Part shown: positions 1 through 10,008 of the stretch, piece by piece
Layout: each line of letters begins with the position of its first letter
Position numbering within the stretch: position 1 is the stretch's first letter
DNA from: Minisyncoccota bacterium
Lineage (GTDB): Bacteria; Patescibacteriota; Minisyncoccia; Phycocordibacterales; UBA9973
Direction: 5' to 3'
Assembly (NCBI GenBank): GCA_021734995.1
Contig: JAIPHX010000005.1
Coordinates: forward strand, 4,099-68,098
DNA: 64,000 bases
Position numbers and translations under genes: made by a program
The notes under the pieces: model-generated
What the model saw: the letters and a program-made list of their open reading frames with translations, nothing else
Told to the model about the DNA's origin: nothing
Database searches by the model: none

Positions 1-1
1 C

Positions 2-2041
2 ACAAAACTCATTACTTTGATAGAAAGTTATCGTTCTGCTCCTGTAATTCTTTCTTTAGCTGAAAATATATTAAAAAGCTCCATTGCTGAAGGCAAACTA
101 AAAAGCACTATTGATATTAAAGGAGAAATACATCTTAGTGGGTATGCATATCCTAGAGATGAGGTATTGGGTGCAGGATTATTTTTTAAACAGAAAATTG
201 ATGAAGGAGTAAAACCAGAAGAGTGCGCACTACTTGTGCCTAGGAAGTATCAGGTGCGTAATGCCATCAATTTACTAGAAAATATGGGAATTAAAACTTC
301 TTCTGGTAAAGAAATATCTTTATTTGAATTACCGGAGACAAAAAGTTTTTTGCGTATTTTAGGAATTATTATTGATCCAAATGATTTTATATTATTATCA
401 GAATCCATTCTAGATAAATTTAGCGAAGTACCATATCTGGAAGGACATAAATTTTTAAAAAGTTTAGCAAAGCTTGAAAAGATTACTTTGGAAGATATTA
501 AAAAAGGAGAGATAGAGCACAAGAATTCTTTATTTGGAGAAGGAAATGTCTCTAAATGGGGGATGAAACTTTCGGGGATTGTAGAAGAATTTAGTCATGA
601 AAGTGTGGTCAATATCGTGGCAGGAGTAGGCAAAAGACTCATGATTGATAATGTAAAAGATCATAATGAACTTTTGAGAAATGTAGAAGTGGTACGAACA
701 TTTACACATCTTGCAGAGCTTTTCCAAGAGAGAAGCAAAGCTCCGTCTTTGACAGAATTTATCACCTATATCAAAAGACTTGAATCTTATGGCAATCATA
801 TCCCACTAGCATCTTTCGGATCAAACAATGGTGTGCAAGTGATGACTTTGCATAAATCAAAAGGTTTGGAGTATCGTTTTGTCTGGGTTGCTCACATGAA
901 CGAAGAGGTTATTATGTCTGGTAAGAAAAATGCTTTCACCTTGCCTGAAAAAATAAAAGAACATTTAAAAGAAAGAGATGAGATGGATGCCAAAAGAGAA
1001 TTGTATGTGGCTGTGACTAGAGCCAAAGAACATTGTACTCTGTCATATTCTGACAATGATTATCGAGGAAGAGAATTGTCTCTTGCAAATATTATAAATG
1101 AATTAACTGAAGTGGACTTTGTAAAAAAGAATGTTGAAGATACAGAGAGTGAATTACTTGCCCTTGGTCCAGAAATATATATTCCTGAAAATCAAAAACC
1201 TTTGAGGGTGGGACTTGAAGAATTAAAAGAATTTGTGCGCGAAAATTATGCTGATGTAAAAGTAGCAGTTACTTTGCTCAATAACTTTTTTGATTGTCCT
1301 TGGAAATGGTATTTTAGAAGTTTTTTAAAGTTACCAGAATTGAAAAGTAAATCTTCAGCATTGGGATCTGCCGTACACTCTACTATTGATTTTATTTTAA
1401 AGAATAAAAAAGTATTAAAAGGAGATGAGCTTGAAGCCAAGCTAGAAGAATATATAAAAAAGGACAATATAGATTTATCAAAAAGAGAAATCCAAAAGCT
1501 TGTCAATGATGGAAAGGAGATAATGCAAGATTTTTTGAATGGATTTTATAAAAATATTTCTAAAGAATATCTCACAGAGAGACCTCTTTCTTTCCATGAT
1601 TCTAGGTTTGCACATCTTTTGATGTATGGAAGGATAGACTTATCAGAAGAATTAAATGGATCAGAAAAAAAACAATATATAGTGACTGATTTTAAGACGG
1701 GATCAGTAAAGACCAAAGGAGTGATAGAAAAGATAGATGAAGAAGGTAGACTTTCTCCACATATGCGACAGCTCACCATGTATTCATATTTGTTTGAAGG
1801 AGCCACTAGTGGAAAGGTGATGTTGTCTAGACTTCTGTATTTAGAAGCTTCTCAGAATGATAAGAATGCTACTTACGAAACCAATATTTCAAATGAACAA
1901 ATAGACTTGTTGGTCAGAGATATCACCGAATACGACAATTTATTAAAAACAGGTGAATGGGTGCATCGTCCATGCAACTTCACACCATTTGGGAAAGAGA
2001 AAGAATGTCAGTATTGCAAAATGGCTAAGATTTATGAATAA
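2..2041 (+). CDS. 5'-partial ORF entering from upstream: UvrD-family helicase C-terminal region fused to a RecB/Cas4-family PD-(D/E)XK nuclease with a putative Fe-S cluster (AddB/Cas4-like)
   Basis: The frame is open back to the window start. It carries a helicase motif V/VI-like stretch (VMTLHKSKGLEYRFVWVAHM...YVAVTRAKEHCTLSY). It also carries nuclease motifs (CPWKWYFRSF, IVTDFKTG, QLTMYSYL) and C-terminal cysteines (CNFTPFGKEKECQYC). Confidence 0.6.
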   Translation, partial: TKLITLIESYRSAPVILSLAENILKSSIAEGKLKSTIDIKGEIHLSGYAYPRDEVLGAGLFFKQKIDEGVKPEECALLVPRKYQVRNAINLLENMGIKTSSGKEISLFELPETKSFLRILGIIIDPNDFILLSESILDKFSEVPYLEGHKFLKSLAKLEKITLEDIKKGEIEHKNSLFGEGNVSKWGMKLSGIVEEFSHESVVNIVAGVGKRLMIDNVKDHNELLRNVEVVRTFTHLAELFQERSKAPSLTEFITYIKRLESYGNHIPLASFGSNNGVQVMTLHKSKGLEYRFVWVAHMNEEVIMSGKKNAFTLPEKIKEHLKERDEMDAKRELYVAVTRAKEHCTLSYSDNDYRGRELSLANIINELTEVDFVKKNVEDTESELLALGPEIYIPENQKPLRVGLEELKEFVRENYADVKVAVTLLNNFFDCPWKWYFRSFLKLPELKSKSSALGSAVHSTIDFILKNKKVLKGDELEAKLEEYIKKDNIDLSKREIQKLVNDGKEIMQDFLNGFYKNISKEYLTERPLSFHDSRFAHLLMYGRIDLSEELNGSEKKQYIVTDFKTGSVKTKGVIEKIDEEGRLSPHMRQLTMYSYLFEGATSGKVMLSRLLYLEASQNDKNATYETNISNEQIDLLVRDITEYDNLLKTGEWVHRPCNFTPFGKEKECQYCKMAKIYE

Positions 2042-2285
2042 TGGAAATATGTCTGATATAATAGTAAAGCACATTAAAATAACGTACGAGGAAGGAGATG
2101 AAAGAGTTAGATCTTTCGTGAAGTTTTTACAGAGTGACAGGTCTGATAATGTTTTAACAAAATATTATCAGCAAGCGATTTTAGAAAAAGATGGAATTTT
2201 AAATGTTTCTGATAAGGCAGGCAATGAATTCACTTTTGTGTGCAATAACGCCCATAGATGCAATTTACAATTAAGAGGAATGTAA
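2034..2285 (+). CDS. small hypothetical protein of about 83 aa; its start overlaps the stop of the upstream gene
   Basis: ORF in the compact gap before pheS with no recognisable motif. It does not resemble the PheS N-terminal helical arm. Confidence 0.3.
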   Translation: MNNGNMSDIIVKHIKITYEEGDERVRSFVKFLQSDRSDNVLTKYYQQAILEKDGILNVSDKAGNEFTFVCNNAHRCNLQLRGM

Positions 2286-2291
2286 AAAAAT

Positions 2292-3002
2292 ATGCAAAAC
2301 AAGAAAACAACAGAACATCCATTTTCAATACTTTCTAGACAGGCCTATGAAGTATTTGCTCAGCTTGGTTTTGAGATTGTGGTAGGTCCAGAGCTTGAGA
2401 CAGAATGGTATAATTTTGACGCATTAAATGTACCAAAAGATCATCCTGCCCGAGATATGCAAGATACTTTTTGGATTAAAGATTCTGTTGGAAAAGTTTT
2501 ACGAACACACACTACTTGTACTGCAGGTAGAGCAATAGAGAGGGCGTTAAAAGAAGATAGATTTCCTTCAGCATTTATCTCTGTTGGAAAGGTTTTTAGA
2601 AATGAGGCAACTGATGCGACACATGAAATGCAGTTTTTTCAAATAGATGGCATTATGGTTGGTGAAAAAAAAGACGGTATTTCTCTTGCCAACTTAAAAG
2701 GTGTATTGTCTCAGTTTTATAAAAAAATGTTAGGAGAAGAAATAGAAGTAGAATTCCGTCCTAGCTTTTTTCCATTTACAGAGCCATCTTTAGAAGTACA
2801 TACAAAATGGAAAGGCAAATGGCTTGAGATGATGGGGGCAGGAATGTTGCACCCAAAAGTTTTACAAAATCTTGGGCTTGATCCTGAAAAATATCAAGGA
2901 TTTGCTTTTGGTGGAGGTCTTGATCGTATCGCGATGATTAAATGGGGGGTGCCAGATGTCCGTATTTTTTATCAAGGAGATTTGCGTTTAAATCAATTTT
3001 AA
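2292..3002 (+). CDS. pheS: phenylalanyl-tRNA synthetase alpha subunit, minimal form (236 aa, lacks the N-terminal coiled-coil arm)
   Basis: Class II catalytic-core motifs: FNFDALNVPKDHPARDMQDTFWI and GAGMLHPKVL...FGGGLDRIAMIKWG. Confidence 0.85.
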   Translation: MQNKKTTEHPFSILSRQAYEVFAQLGFEIVVGPELETEWYNFDALNVPKDHPARDMQDTFWIKDSVGKVLRTHTTCTAGRAIERALKEDRFPSAFISVGKVFRNEATDATHEMQFFQIDGIMVGEKKDGISLANLKGVLSQFYKKMLGEEIEVEFRPSFFPFTEPSLEVHTKWKGKWLEMMGAGMLHPKVLQNLGLDPEKYQGFAFGGGLDRIAMIKWGVPDVRIFYQGDLRLNQF

Positions 3003-3004
3003 TT

Positions 3005-4846
3005 ATGAAAATATCATACAATTGGTTGAAGTGGTATATGCCAGAACTTCCTGCTCCAAGTAAATTGGCAGATGTTTTTACATATCATCTTTGTGAGGTA
3101 GAAGGGATAGAAGATTTTGGAGAAGGAGACTCTAAAGATACTATTTTTGATATAAATATTTTACCAAATAGGGCACATGATCTGCTTTCACATCAAGGAA
3201 TCGCACGAGAGCTCGCTTCTTTGTTAAATATTACTTTTGTTAGTCCTGAAGAAAAATATAAAATACCACAGACGAACCCTACTAATTTTAAAATAAATAT
3301 AGATACTCCAAATTGTAGAAGATACATGGGAAGGATTGTGCGAAACATAAAGATAGGCCCTTCTCCAGATTGGGTGAAACAACACTTAGAATCAATTGGA
3401 CAAAGATCAATCAACAACATAGTAGATGCGACAAATATTGTAATGTATGATTGTGGTCAGCCAGCACACGCTTTTGATTTGAAAAAAGTTGTGGGAGAAA
3501 ACATCAAGGTAAGACAGGCAAAAGAAAAAGAAACAATGACTACATTGGATAATAAAAATGTAGTATTTAAAGAAAGTGATATGGTCATTGCTGACGATAA
3601 AAATATTTTAGCTATTGCAGGTGTCAAAGGAGGAAAGTTGGCAGAAGTAGACAATACTACCACTGATATTATTTTAGAAATTGCTAATTTTAATCCTACT
3701 TCTGTCAGAAAGACAGCCCAATCTCTGGGGATATTTACTGACTCTCGTAAAAGATTTGAGAATGATTTACCTACAGAGCTTGCTCCTTATGCGATGCGAG
3801 AACTTTCAGCTTTGATTGCAGAGATGTGCCCAGAAGCTTCTTTTGAAGAGATTGTAGACGTGTATTTGGACAAGCAAAATATAAAGCGGGTATCTTTTTC
3901 TGTTCAAAATATTTCTAGGATTTTAGGGGTAGAAATTCAGAAAGAGGAAGTAAAAAATATTTTTGAAAGATATGGATTTGGTCTTGAAGAAGATTCTGAT
4001 AAGTTTGTTGTCCAAGCTCCATTTTGGAGATTAGATTTAGAAAACGAATCTGATATAGCAGAAGAAGTAGGAAGAATTTTGGGGTATGACAAAGTCCCAC
4101 CAGTCATCTCTAGTCTAAAATTAAATCCTAAAAAGAGTGATATTTACCAAAAAACATCGTGGGCAAAAAATAAATTAATTTCTGATGGATATAGTGAAGT
4201 AATGACTTATGTTTTTAAAAGTAGTGGTGAAGTAGAAGTGCTTGAAAGTGCTTCGGATAAAAAGTTTTTGCGGACAAATTTAACAGATGGACTAAAAGAG
4301 AGTATAAAATTGAATGCAGTCAACGCTCCATTTTTAGAATTGGAAAATGTAAAAGTGTTTGAAATAGGAAATATTTTTTTGAAAGACAAAGAAGAGACAA
4401 GAGTGGTTTATGGAGATAAAAAAAATGTTATAGAAGTATCCTTGGAGCAATTTTGCAAAGAAATGCAAAGTGATACAAACAAAAATGCTCCTGCTGATGT
4501 AGATGCAGATTCTTTAGAAAAACAATCCGCAGGACAAGATGATCTTTTGGTAAAAAAATTCAAAATGTGGTCTGTCTATCCATTTGTGTATAGAGATGTT
4601 GCAGTGTGGATACCAGATGATCAAAAAGCAGATGAACTCTATAATATTCTAAAGGAAAACGGTGGAGAATTACTTGTAAAAGATCCATATATGTTTGATT
4701 CTTTTAGCAAGGATGGACGTACCTCTTATGCTTATAGATTGATTTTTCAATCATATGAAAAGACTCTTACAGATGAGGAAGTGAATAGTATTATGGATAA
4801 AATAACAATTAAAATAAAGGGGAAAAATGGATGGGAGGTAAGGTAG
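3005..4846 (+). CDS. pheT: phenylalanyl-tRNA synthetase beta subunit, short form (about 614 aa, no N-terminal EMAP-type tRNA-binding domain)
   Basis: The conserved N-terminus MKISYNWLKWY begins at the ATG at 3005; the track ORF starts upstream at 2942. B3/B4 and C-terminal anticodon-binding regions are present. It immediately follows pheS. Confidence 0.8.
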   Translation: MKISYNWLKWYMPELPAPSKLADVFTYHLCEVEGIEDFGEGDSKDTIFDINILPNRAHDLLSHQGIARELASLLNITFVSPEEKYKIPQTNPTNFKINIDTPNCRRYMGRIVRNIKIGPSPDWVKQHLESIGQRSINNIVDATNIVMYDCGQPAHAFDLKKVVGENIKVRQAKEKETMTTLDNKNVVFKESDMVIADDKNILAIAGVKGGKLAEVDNTTTDIILEIANFNPTSVRKTAQSLGIFTDSRKRFENDLPTELAPYAMRELSALIAEMCPEASFEEIVDVYLDKQNIKRVSFSVQNISRILGVEIQKEEVKNIFERYGFGLEEDSDKFVVQAPFWRLDLENESDIAEEVGRILGYDKVPPVISSLKLNPKKSDIYQKTSWAKNKLISDGYSEVMTYVFKSSGEVEVLESASDKKFLRTNLTDGLKESIKLNAVNAPFLELENVKVFEIGNIFLKDKEETRVVYGDKKNVIEVSLEQFCKEMQSDTNKNAPADVDADSLEKQSAGQDDLLVKKFKMWSVYPFVYRDVAVWIPDDQKADELYNILKENGGELLVKDPYMFDSFSKDGRTSYAYRLIFQSYEKTLTDEEVNSIMDKITIKIKGKNGWEVR

Positions 4847-4878
4847 ACAATAATTAGTGTGTAGTTTATAATTGTGTT

Positions 4879-6507
4879 ATGAATGAAAATAACAACGAAC
4901 TAAGTGCAGCAGAAAAAATTCAATTAGCAAAAGAAAAGAAATTGAATAAAAAAACAGAAATTGAATCTCTTTATCAAGACGCTAAAAAAGAACTAGAAAA
5001 CACACTTAAAGAAATTAAGAGTGTAAAAGATTTACGAGAAAGTTTTAAACAAAAGAGGATTGATTTTACCAAACAACAAAGGGGAATAGTTGATGGTGTA
5101 AAAAAGGAAGATTTAGATATGTATAAAGATGAATTAACAGATAAATTTAGGGATACTTTTAAGCTTGAAATAGAACAATGGAAGGGGATGGGTGACGAAG
5201 TCGAAAATTTAAATAAAGAATTAAAAGAATTACAAACTTTAGCGAGTGTACAAGAAAAAAAATCTAAAGAATTATTTTACCAGACAGATGATGGTTTAAA
5301 AGTTCTAGAAAAAGAAAAAGATGAATTACTGGAGCAGGAAAAGATGAATTCATATATTGATGTTATAGATAAATTGTTTTCTCAAAATGGAGTAGATCAA
5401 CGTTATGGTAATTTTGGTCCATATAAAAAACATAACTTAGAAAATTTACTAGAAGATTTAATTCTTTGTGGTAACTTTTCTAAAGTTTTACCAGGATATT
5501 CATATGATAATTTTACTGGCCTAGATAAATCTATTTCTGAAGAAGAATATCAAAAGATATTTACAGAGTACATATTTACAAAAGTTTTGAAATCCGATTT
5601 CAAAAAACCATTTGAAGATAGGGGTTTAGAAAAAGGATTAAAAAATATTATTTCAGAACAAATTAAGTTTATGATTTATCTACATAAAAACAAAGGCAAA
5701 TTCACAGAGGTTCAAAACAAAACTTCACTTAATGATTTTATAGTAGAAAATGGTGAAAAAATTTCAACATTAAGAAATAAGATAGGAGATGTATTTGGAG
5801 AAGTTGTTAATGGATTCAGTAATATTTCCTCTGAAGATTATATAAAAGATTATATAAAAAATATTGATTATAGTTATTTAAAATTAAGTAAAAAAGAAAT
5901 TAGTAGTATTAATGATGAGATTTGGTCTGATATTAATCATTTATTACCTAAAAAAGTGGATGATATTACTTTTAATATTGATTCTGGTTACTATGCAGAT
6001 TCAAATTATTTTTCAGGTTTTTACAAAAAAGTAAGAGATATTCTTTTAAGTAAAAGAATGAACTTATTAAATACTGTTTTACCTCGTGTACAAAAACAAT
6101 TTAATGAGGAAGAAAATAAATTTATTAGCTTAAAGAAAAAGGACTTAGAAGAAACAATTAATTTATTAAGATTTAAAATTAATTATATAAACTATGTTGA
6201 AGATCAAATATTATCTTTGTTTAATAACTTTAATTCTAATAGTAGTCAAGGAATAGGAAAAGAAGTTGCTCAATATATAGGATATTTAAACAAAATTCAA
6301 AATTTTAAATTAAAACTAAATCAAAACTCTAATTATCCTACAAATTCTGTGAACTTAGAAACTCTAGATAGATATGTCCAACCAATAACCTTAGACGAAA
6401 AGGAGATTGTTATGTCTTCTGTTATTAAAGATTTTTATGAAAAAATAGAACGAATAATAAAACAATTGAATGTTGATTTGCAAGAAGATAAATCAAATAA
6501 TAACTAG
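4879..6507 (+). CDS. hypothetical K/E/N-rich coiled-coil protein
   Basis: Long ORF of low complexity with heptad-like K/E repeats and no catalytic motif. Confidence 0.5.
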   Translation: MNENNNELSAAEKIQLAKEKKLNKKTEIESLYQDAKKELENTLKEIKSVKDLRESFKQKRIDFTKQQRGIVDGVKKEDLDMYKDELTDKFRDTFKLEIEQWKGMGDEVENLNKELKELQTLASVQEKKSKELFYQTDDGLKVLEKEKDELLEQEKMNSYIDVIDKLFSQNGVDQRYGNFGPYKKHNLENLLEDLILCGNFSKVLPGYSYDNFTGLDKSISEEEYQKIFTEYIFTKVLKSDFKKPFEDRGLEKGLKNIISEQIKFMIYLHKNKGKFTEVQNKTSLNDFIVENGEKISTLRNKIGDVFGEVVNGFSNISSEDYIKDYIKNIDYSYLKLSKKEISSINDEIWSDINHLLPKKVDDITFNIDSGYYADSNYFSGFYKKVRDILLSKRMNLLNTVLPRVQKQFNEEENKFISLKKKDLEETINLLRFKINYINYVEDQILSLFNNFNSNSSQGIGKEVAQYIGYLNKIQNFKLKLNQNSNYPTNSVNLETLDRYVQPITLDEKEIVMSSVIKDFYEKIERIIKQLNVDLQEDKSNNN

Positions 6508-6541
6508 CATTTACCTATACATTTTGGTATAATAGGACTAT

Positions 6542-9500
6542 ATGGCAAAAGAAAATAGTGCAGACACAAAGAGTGGAAAAGGGCATCATTATGATGCTTC
6601 TGACATTTCGGTCCTTGAAGGGTTGGAACCTGTCCGTAAACGTCCTGGAATGTATATTGGGACTACTGGTCCTGAAGGTTTACACCATTTGATTTGGGAA
6701 ATATTTGACAACTCTCGTGATGAAGCGATGGGAGGTTTTTGTGATACCATTGAAGTAGTTATTCTTCCAGGTAATCGTATTAGAGTAACCGACAATGGTC
6801 GTGGTATTCCGATTGATGTTCACAAAAAAACAAAAGTATCTGCTTTAGAAACAGTGATGACTACTTTGCATGCCGGAGGGAAATTTGGAGGTGAAGGATA
6901 TAAAGTGTCTGGAGGGTTGCATGGAGTGGGTGCATCAGTCGTAAATGCTCTTTCTATATATTGTAGAGCAGAAGTCCATAAAGATGGAGGTATTTATGTA
7001 CAAGAATATTCAAAAGGGGTCAAAAAATCCGCAGTAAAAAAGATTGGTTCTACTAAACAAAATGGAACGATCATTACTTTTGAGCCAGATATAGAAATTT
7101 TTAAAGAAATAAAGTTTGATTGGAATGTGATAGTCAGTCATATTCGTCAGCAAGCATATCTTGTAAAAGGACTACGAGTATCTATTATAGACGCAAGAGA
7201 ATTTGACCCAACTCTTTTATTTGAATCAAAAAATTCAAAATTAGATCCAGATTCTGTATTCTATTTCAAAGAGCTTGGCTTAGAGCTTCCATCAGTTTCT
7301 TTTTATTTTGAAGGAGGACTTACATCTTTGATTAGATATTACAATAAGTTTCAAAAACCTGTTCAACAAAATATTTTTTATGTAGAAAAAGAACAAGACG
7401 GAGTGGGGGTGGAGATTGCCTTGCAATATGTAGATGACATTGTAGATCGCATTGTTCCTTTTGCCAACAATATCTACAACCCAGAAGGTGGTACACATGT
7501 TACAGGTTTTAAAACTGCTCTTACTAGAACTCTGAATACATATTGCAAAAAGAATGAAATGATCAAAGAATCTGAAGGAGGTTTTACAGGAGAAGATGTA
7601 TTAGAAGGTCTTACTGTTGTGATATCTGTAAAGCTTCGTGAAATACAATTTGAAGGTCAAACTAAAGCAAAGCTTGGTAGTGTAGAAGCTCAAGGTGCAG
7701 TAGCTACTGTCTTTGGTGAGGCTTTTTCGGGTTTTCTAGAGGAAAATCCAGATGAAGCTAAGTCAATCATAGGAAAAGCAGTACTTGCAATGAAAGCTCG
7801 TAAAGCGGCAAAAGCTGCAAAGGATTCTGTGCTACGTAAGGGAGCTCTTGAGGGGATGACTCTTCCAGGAAAGTTAGCAGATTGTCAAACAAAAGATGCG
7901 AGTGAATCTGAACTCTTTATTGTGGAAGGAGATTCTGCAGGAGGGTGTTTTTCAGGAGACACAAAAGTTGCTTTGGTTGACGGTAGAAATATATCTTTTA
8001 AAGAAATTATTGCTGAATATCAAAATAACAAAAAAAATTATTGTTACACAATACTTCATGATGGTAGTATTGGAATACAAGAAATAAAAAATCCAAGAAG
8101 AACAAAGACTAACGCAGAAGTTATAAAAATTATCTTGGATAATAATGAAGAAATAGTCTGCACTCCAGACCATTTGTTTATGTTGAGAGACGGTACTTAT
8201 AAACAAGCAAAAGATATTTTGATTACAGATTCTCTTATGCCCCTTAGAAAAAAGATTTCTGAAATTGGAGGGCGTATCACAATAAAGGGATATGAAATGG
8301 TCTATAATAACAATTCTAATAGATGGATCTTTACTCATATGTTGGCAGATGAATTTAATTTGCGTAAAGGTTTTGATACTATTGAAAATGGTGCATATAG
8401 GCATCACAAAGATTTTAATAAAACAAATAATAATCCGGACAATATAGTAAGACTCACAAAGGAAGAGCATATTTCTCTGCATTCTTTTTATTATGAAAAA
8501 AATTTAAAAAGACCAGATGTATTAGAAAAATTAAGTATTTTAAGAAAGACTCCGGAATATAGACAAAAAATAAGAGAAAAAATGCTCGCTATGAGAGAAG
8601 ATTTAAGTATTAGAGCTAAAGCACAATGGGAAAATGAAGAATATAAGAAATATATGGTAAATAAATTTTTAGATTTTTATGCTTCCAATAAAGATTATAG
8701 AGAAAAAAGTCAAAATATTTTACAAAAAGCACAGAAAGAATATTGGGCTAGTACTGAAAATAAAAAGAAGCAATCAAAAAAAGTGAAAGAGTTTTTTGCA
8801 ATGAATCCTTTAGCAAAAGTTAATTTGAGTGAAAAAGCTAAAAAACAATGGATGCAAGGTGATTTGTTGGATTGGAGAAGCAAAAAAACACAAGAACAAT
8901 GGACAGAAGAATTTAGGGAAAAGAGAAGAATTGCTTATAATAAAACTTATTACGAAAACACAATTAGAGTTCTAAAAAGAGTTTATGACCAAACCAAATC
9001 TATAGACATACAGTCTTTTGAAGATTTAAGAAAGATAGAAAATAATAAAAATGTACTATCGTTCAATACTTTTTTTAATAGGTTTTTCGATGAAGATTTT
9101 AATAGATTGAAAGATGCTGTTGAAAACTATAACCACAAAATAAAGAGTATTGTGCATCTTTCTGGGAAAATTGATGTGTATGATATTGAGGTTCCAGGTA
9201 CTCACAATTTTGCTCTTGCTTCTGGTGTTTTTGTTCACAATAGTGCAAAGCAAGGTAGAGATAGAAGGACTCAAGCGATTTTGCCTTTGCGCGGAAAAAT
9301 TTTGAATGTGGAGAGAGCTAGAATAGACAAAATGCTTGCATCCAAGGAAGTAAAAGCTCTCGTTATAGCATTAGGAACTTCTATTGGAGATACTTTTGAT
9401 ATAGAAAAGGCACGATATCACAAAATAATTATCGCTACTGATGCCGACGTGGACGGGTCTCACATTAGGACACTTTTGCTTACTTTGTTTTATAGATATT

Positions 9501-9952
9501 TCAAACAAATTATTGAGGCAGGGTATATCTATATTGCTCAACCTCCTTTGTTTAAGATAAAGAAAGGTAAAGAAGTTTTTTATGTTTATTCAGATGAAGA
9601 GAAAAATAAAATTATTGGTAAAGAAGAAAATCTTGATGATATTCAAAATGAAAATGATAGTTACAATCAAGAAGAAAATACGGAAAACACAGAAGACGCA
9701 GAAGAAAATACAGAAGAGGTAAAAAAGAAATCTGCAAAGCCTAGAGTGCAAAGATATAAGGGTCTCGGAGAAATGAATCCAGAGGAGTTGTGGGAGACTA
9801 CAATGGATCCAGAAAGAAGAGTGATCAAGCAAGTCACTATTGAAGATGCAGAGGAAGCAAATAAAATATTTGATATTTTAATGGGTTCAGATGTTGTCCC
9901 ACGTAAGTCTTTTATTCAATCCAATGCAAAGCTTGCGGAGATTGACTTGTAA
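6542..9952 (+). CDS. gyrB: DNA gyrase subunit B interrupted by a 432-aa intein
   Basis: N-terminal GHKL ATPase (RKRPGMYIGTTG, HHLIWEIFDNSRDEA). The Toprim motif EGDSAGG is split from SAKQGRDRRTQAILPLRGKILNVE by the insert. The C-terminal tail KRYKGLGEMNPEELWETTMDP is present. Confidence 0.9.
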   Translation: MAKENSADTKSGKGHHYDASDISVLEGLEPVRKRPGMYIGTTGPEGLHHLIWEIFDNSRDEAMGGFCDTIEVVILPGNRIRVTDNGRGIPIDVHKKTKVSALETVMTTLHAGGKFGGEGYKVSGGLHGVGASVVNALSIYCRAEVHKDGGIYVQEYSKGVKKSAVKKIGSTKQNGTIITFEPDIEIFKEIKFDWNVIVSHIRQQAYLVKGLRVSIIDAREFDPTLLFESKNSKLDPDSVFYFKELGLELPSVSFYFEGGLTSLIRYYNKFQKPVQQNIFYVEKEQDGVGVEIALQYVDDIVDRIVPFANNIYNPEGGTHVTGFKTALTRTLNTYCKKNEMIKESEGGFTGEDVLEGLTVVISVKLREIQFEGQTKAKLGSVEAQGAVATVFGEAFSGFLEENPDEAKSIIGKAVLAMKARKAAKAAKDSVLRKGALEGMTLPGKLADCQTKDASESELFIVEGDSAGGCFSGDTKVALVDGRNISFKEIIAEYQNNKKNYCYTILHDGSIGIQEIKNPRRTKTNAEVIKIILDNNEEIVCTPDHLFMLRDGTYKQAKDILITDSLMPLRKKISEIGGRITIKGYEMVYNNNSNRWIFTHMLADEFNLRKGFDTIENGAYRHHKDFNKTNNNPDNIVRLTKEEHISLHSFYYEKNLKRPDVLEKLSILRKTPEYRQKIREKMLAMREDLSIRAKAQWENEEYKKYMVNKFLDFYASNKDYREKSQNILQKAQKEYWASTENKKKQSKKVKEFFAMNPLAKVNLSEKAKKQWMQGDLLDWRSKKTQEQWTEEFREKRRIAYNKTYYENTIRVLKRVYDQTKSIDIQSFEDLRKIENNKNVLSFNTFFNRFFDEDFNRLKDAVENYNHKIKSIVHLSGKIDVYDIEVPGTHNFALASGVFVHNSAKQGRDRRTQAILPLRGKILNVERARIDKMLASKEVKALVIALGTSIGDTFDIEKARYHKIIIATDADVDGSHIRTLLLTLFYRYFKQIIEAGYIYIAQPPLFKIKKGKEVFYVYSDEEKNKIIGKEENLDDIQNENDSYNQEENTENTEDAEENTEEVKKKSAKPRVQRYKGLGEMNPEELWETTMDPERRVIKQVTIEDAEEANKIFDILMGSDVVPRKSFIQSNAKLAEIDL
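7946..9241 (+). mobile_element. intein with an HNH-type homing-endonuclease-like domain, inserted in gyrB between EGDSAGG and SAKQGRD
   Basis: It starts with Cys (CFSGDTKVALVDG, block A) and ends VFVHN followed by Ser as the +1 extein residue. An internal HNH-like motif (YRHHKDFNKTNNNPDNIVRLTKEEHISLH) lies around 8390-8485. Confidence 0.75.
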
Positions 9953-9970
9953 GTTTTAAGATTAGCTATA

Positions 9971-10002
9971 AAAAAACCTCAGAATGTTCTGAGGTTTTTT
10001 AG
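9971..10002. terminator. bidirectional intrinsic terminator between gyrB (+) and thrS (-)
   Basis: Hairpin aaaaaaCCTCAGAAtgtTCTGAGGtttttt flanked by A-runs and T-runs. Confidence 0.6.
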
Positions 10003-10008
10003 ATGAAA

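Noticed and set aside
2034-2285. Small ORF as a split-off PheS N-terminal arm
   Set aside because: The sequence is not helical or coiled-coil like the PheS N-terminal arm and shares no motifs with it. It is kept only as a low-confidence hypothetical.
7952-8482. Minus-strand ORF of 176 aa inside gyrB
   Set aside because: It is antisense to the intein region of a well-supported gene, AT-rich and low-complexity. It is almost certainly a chance ORF.
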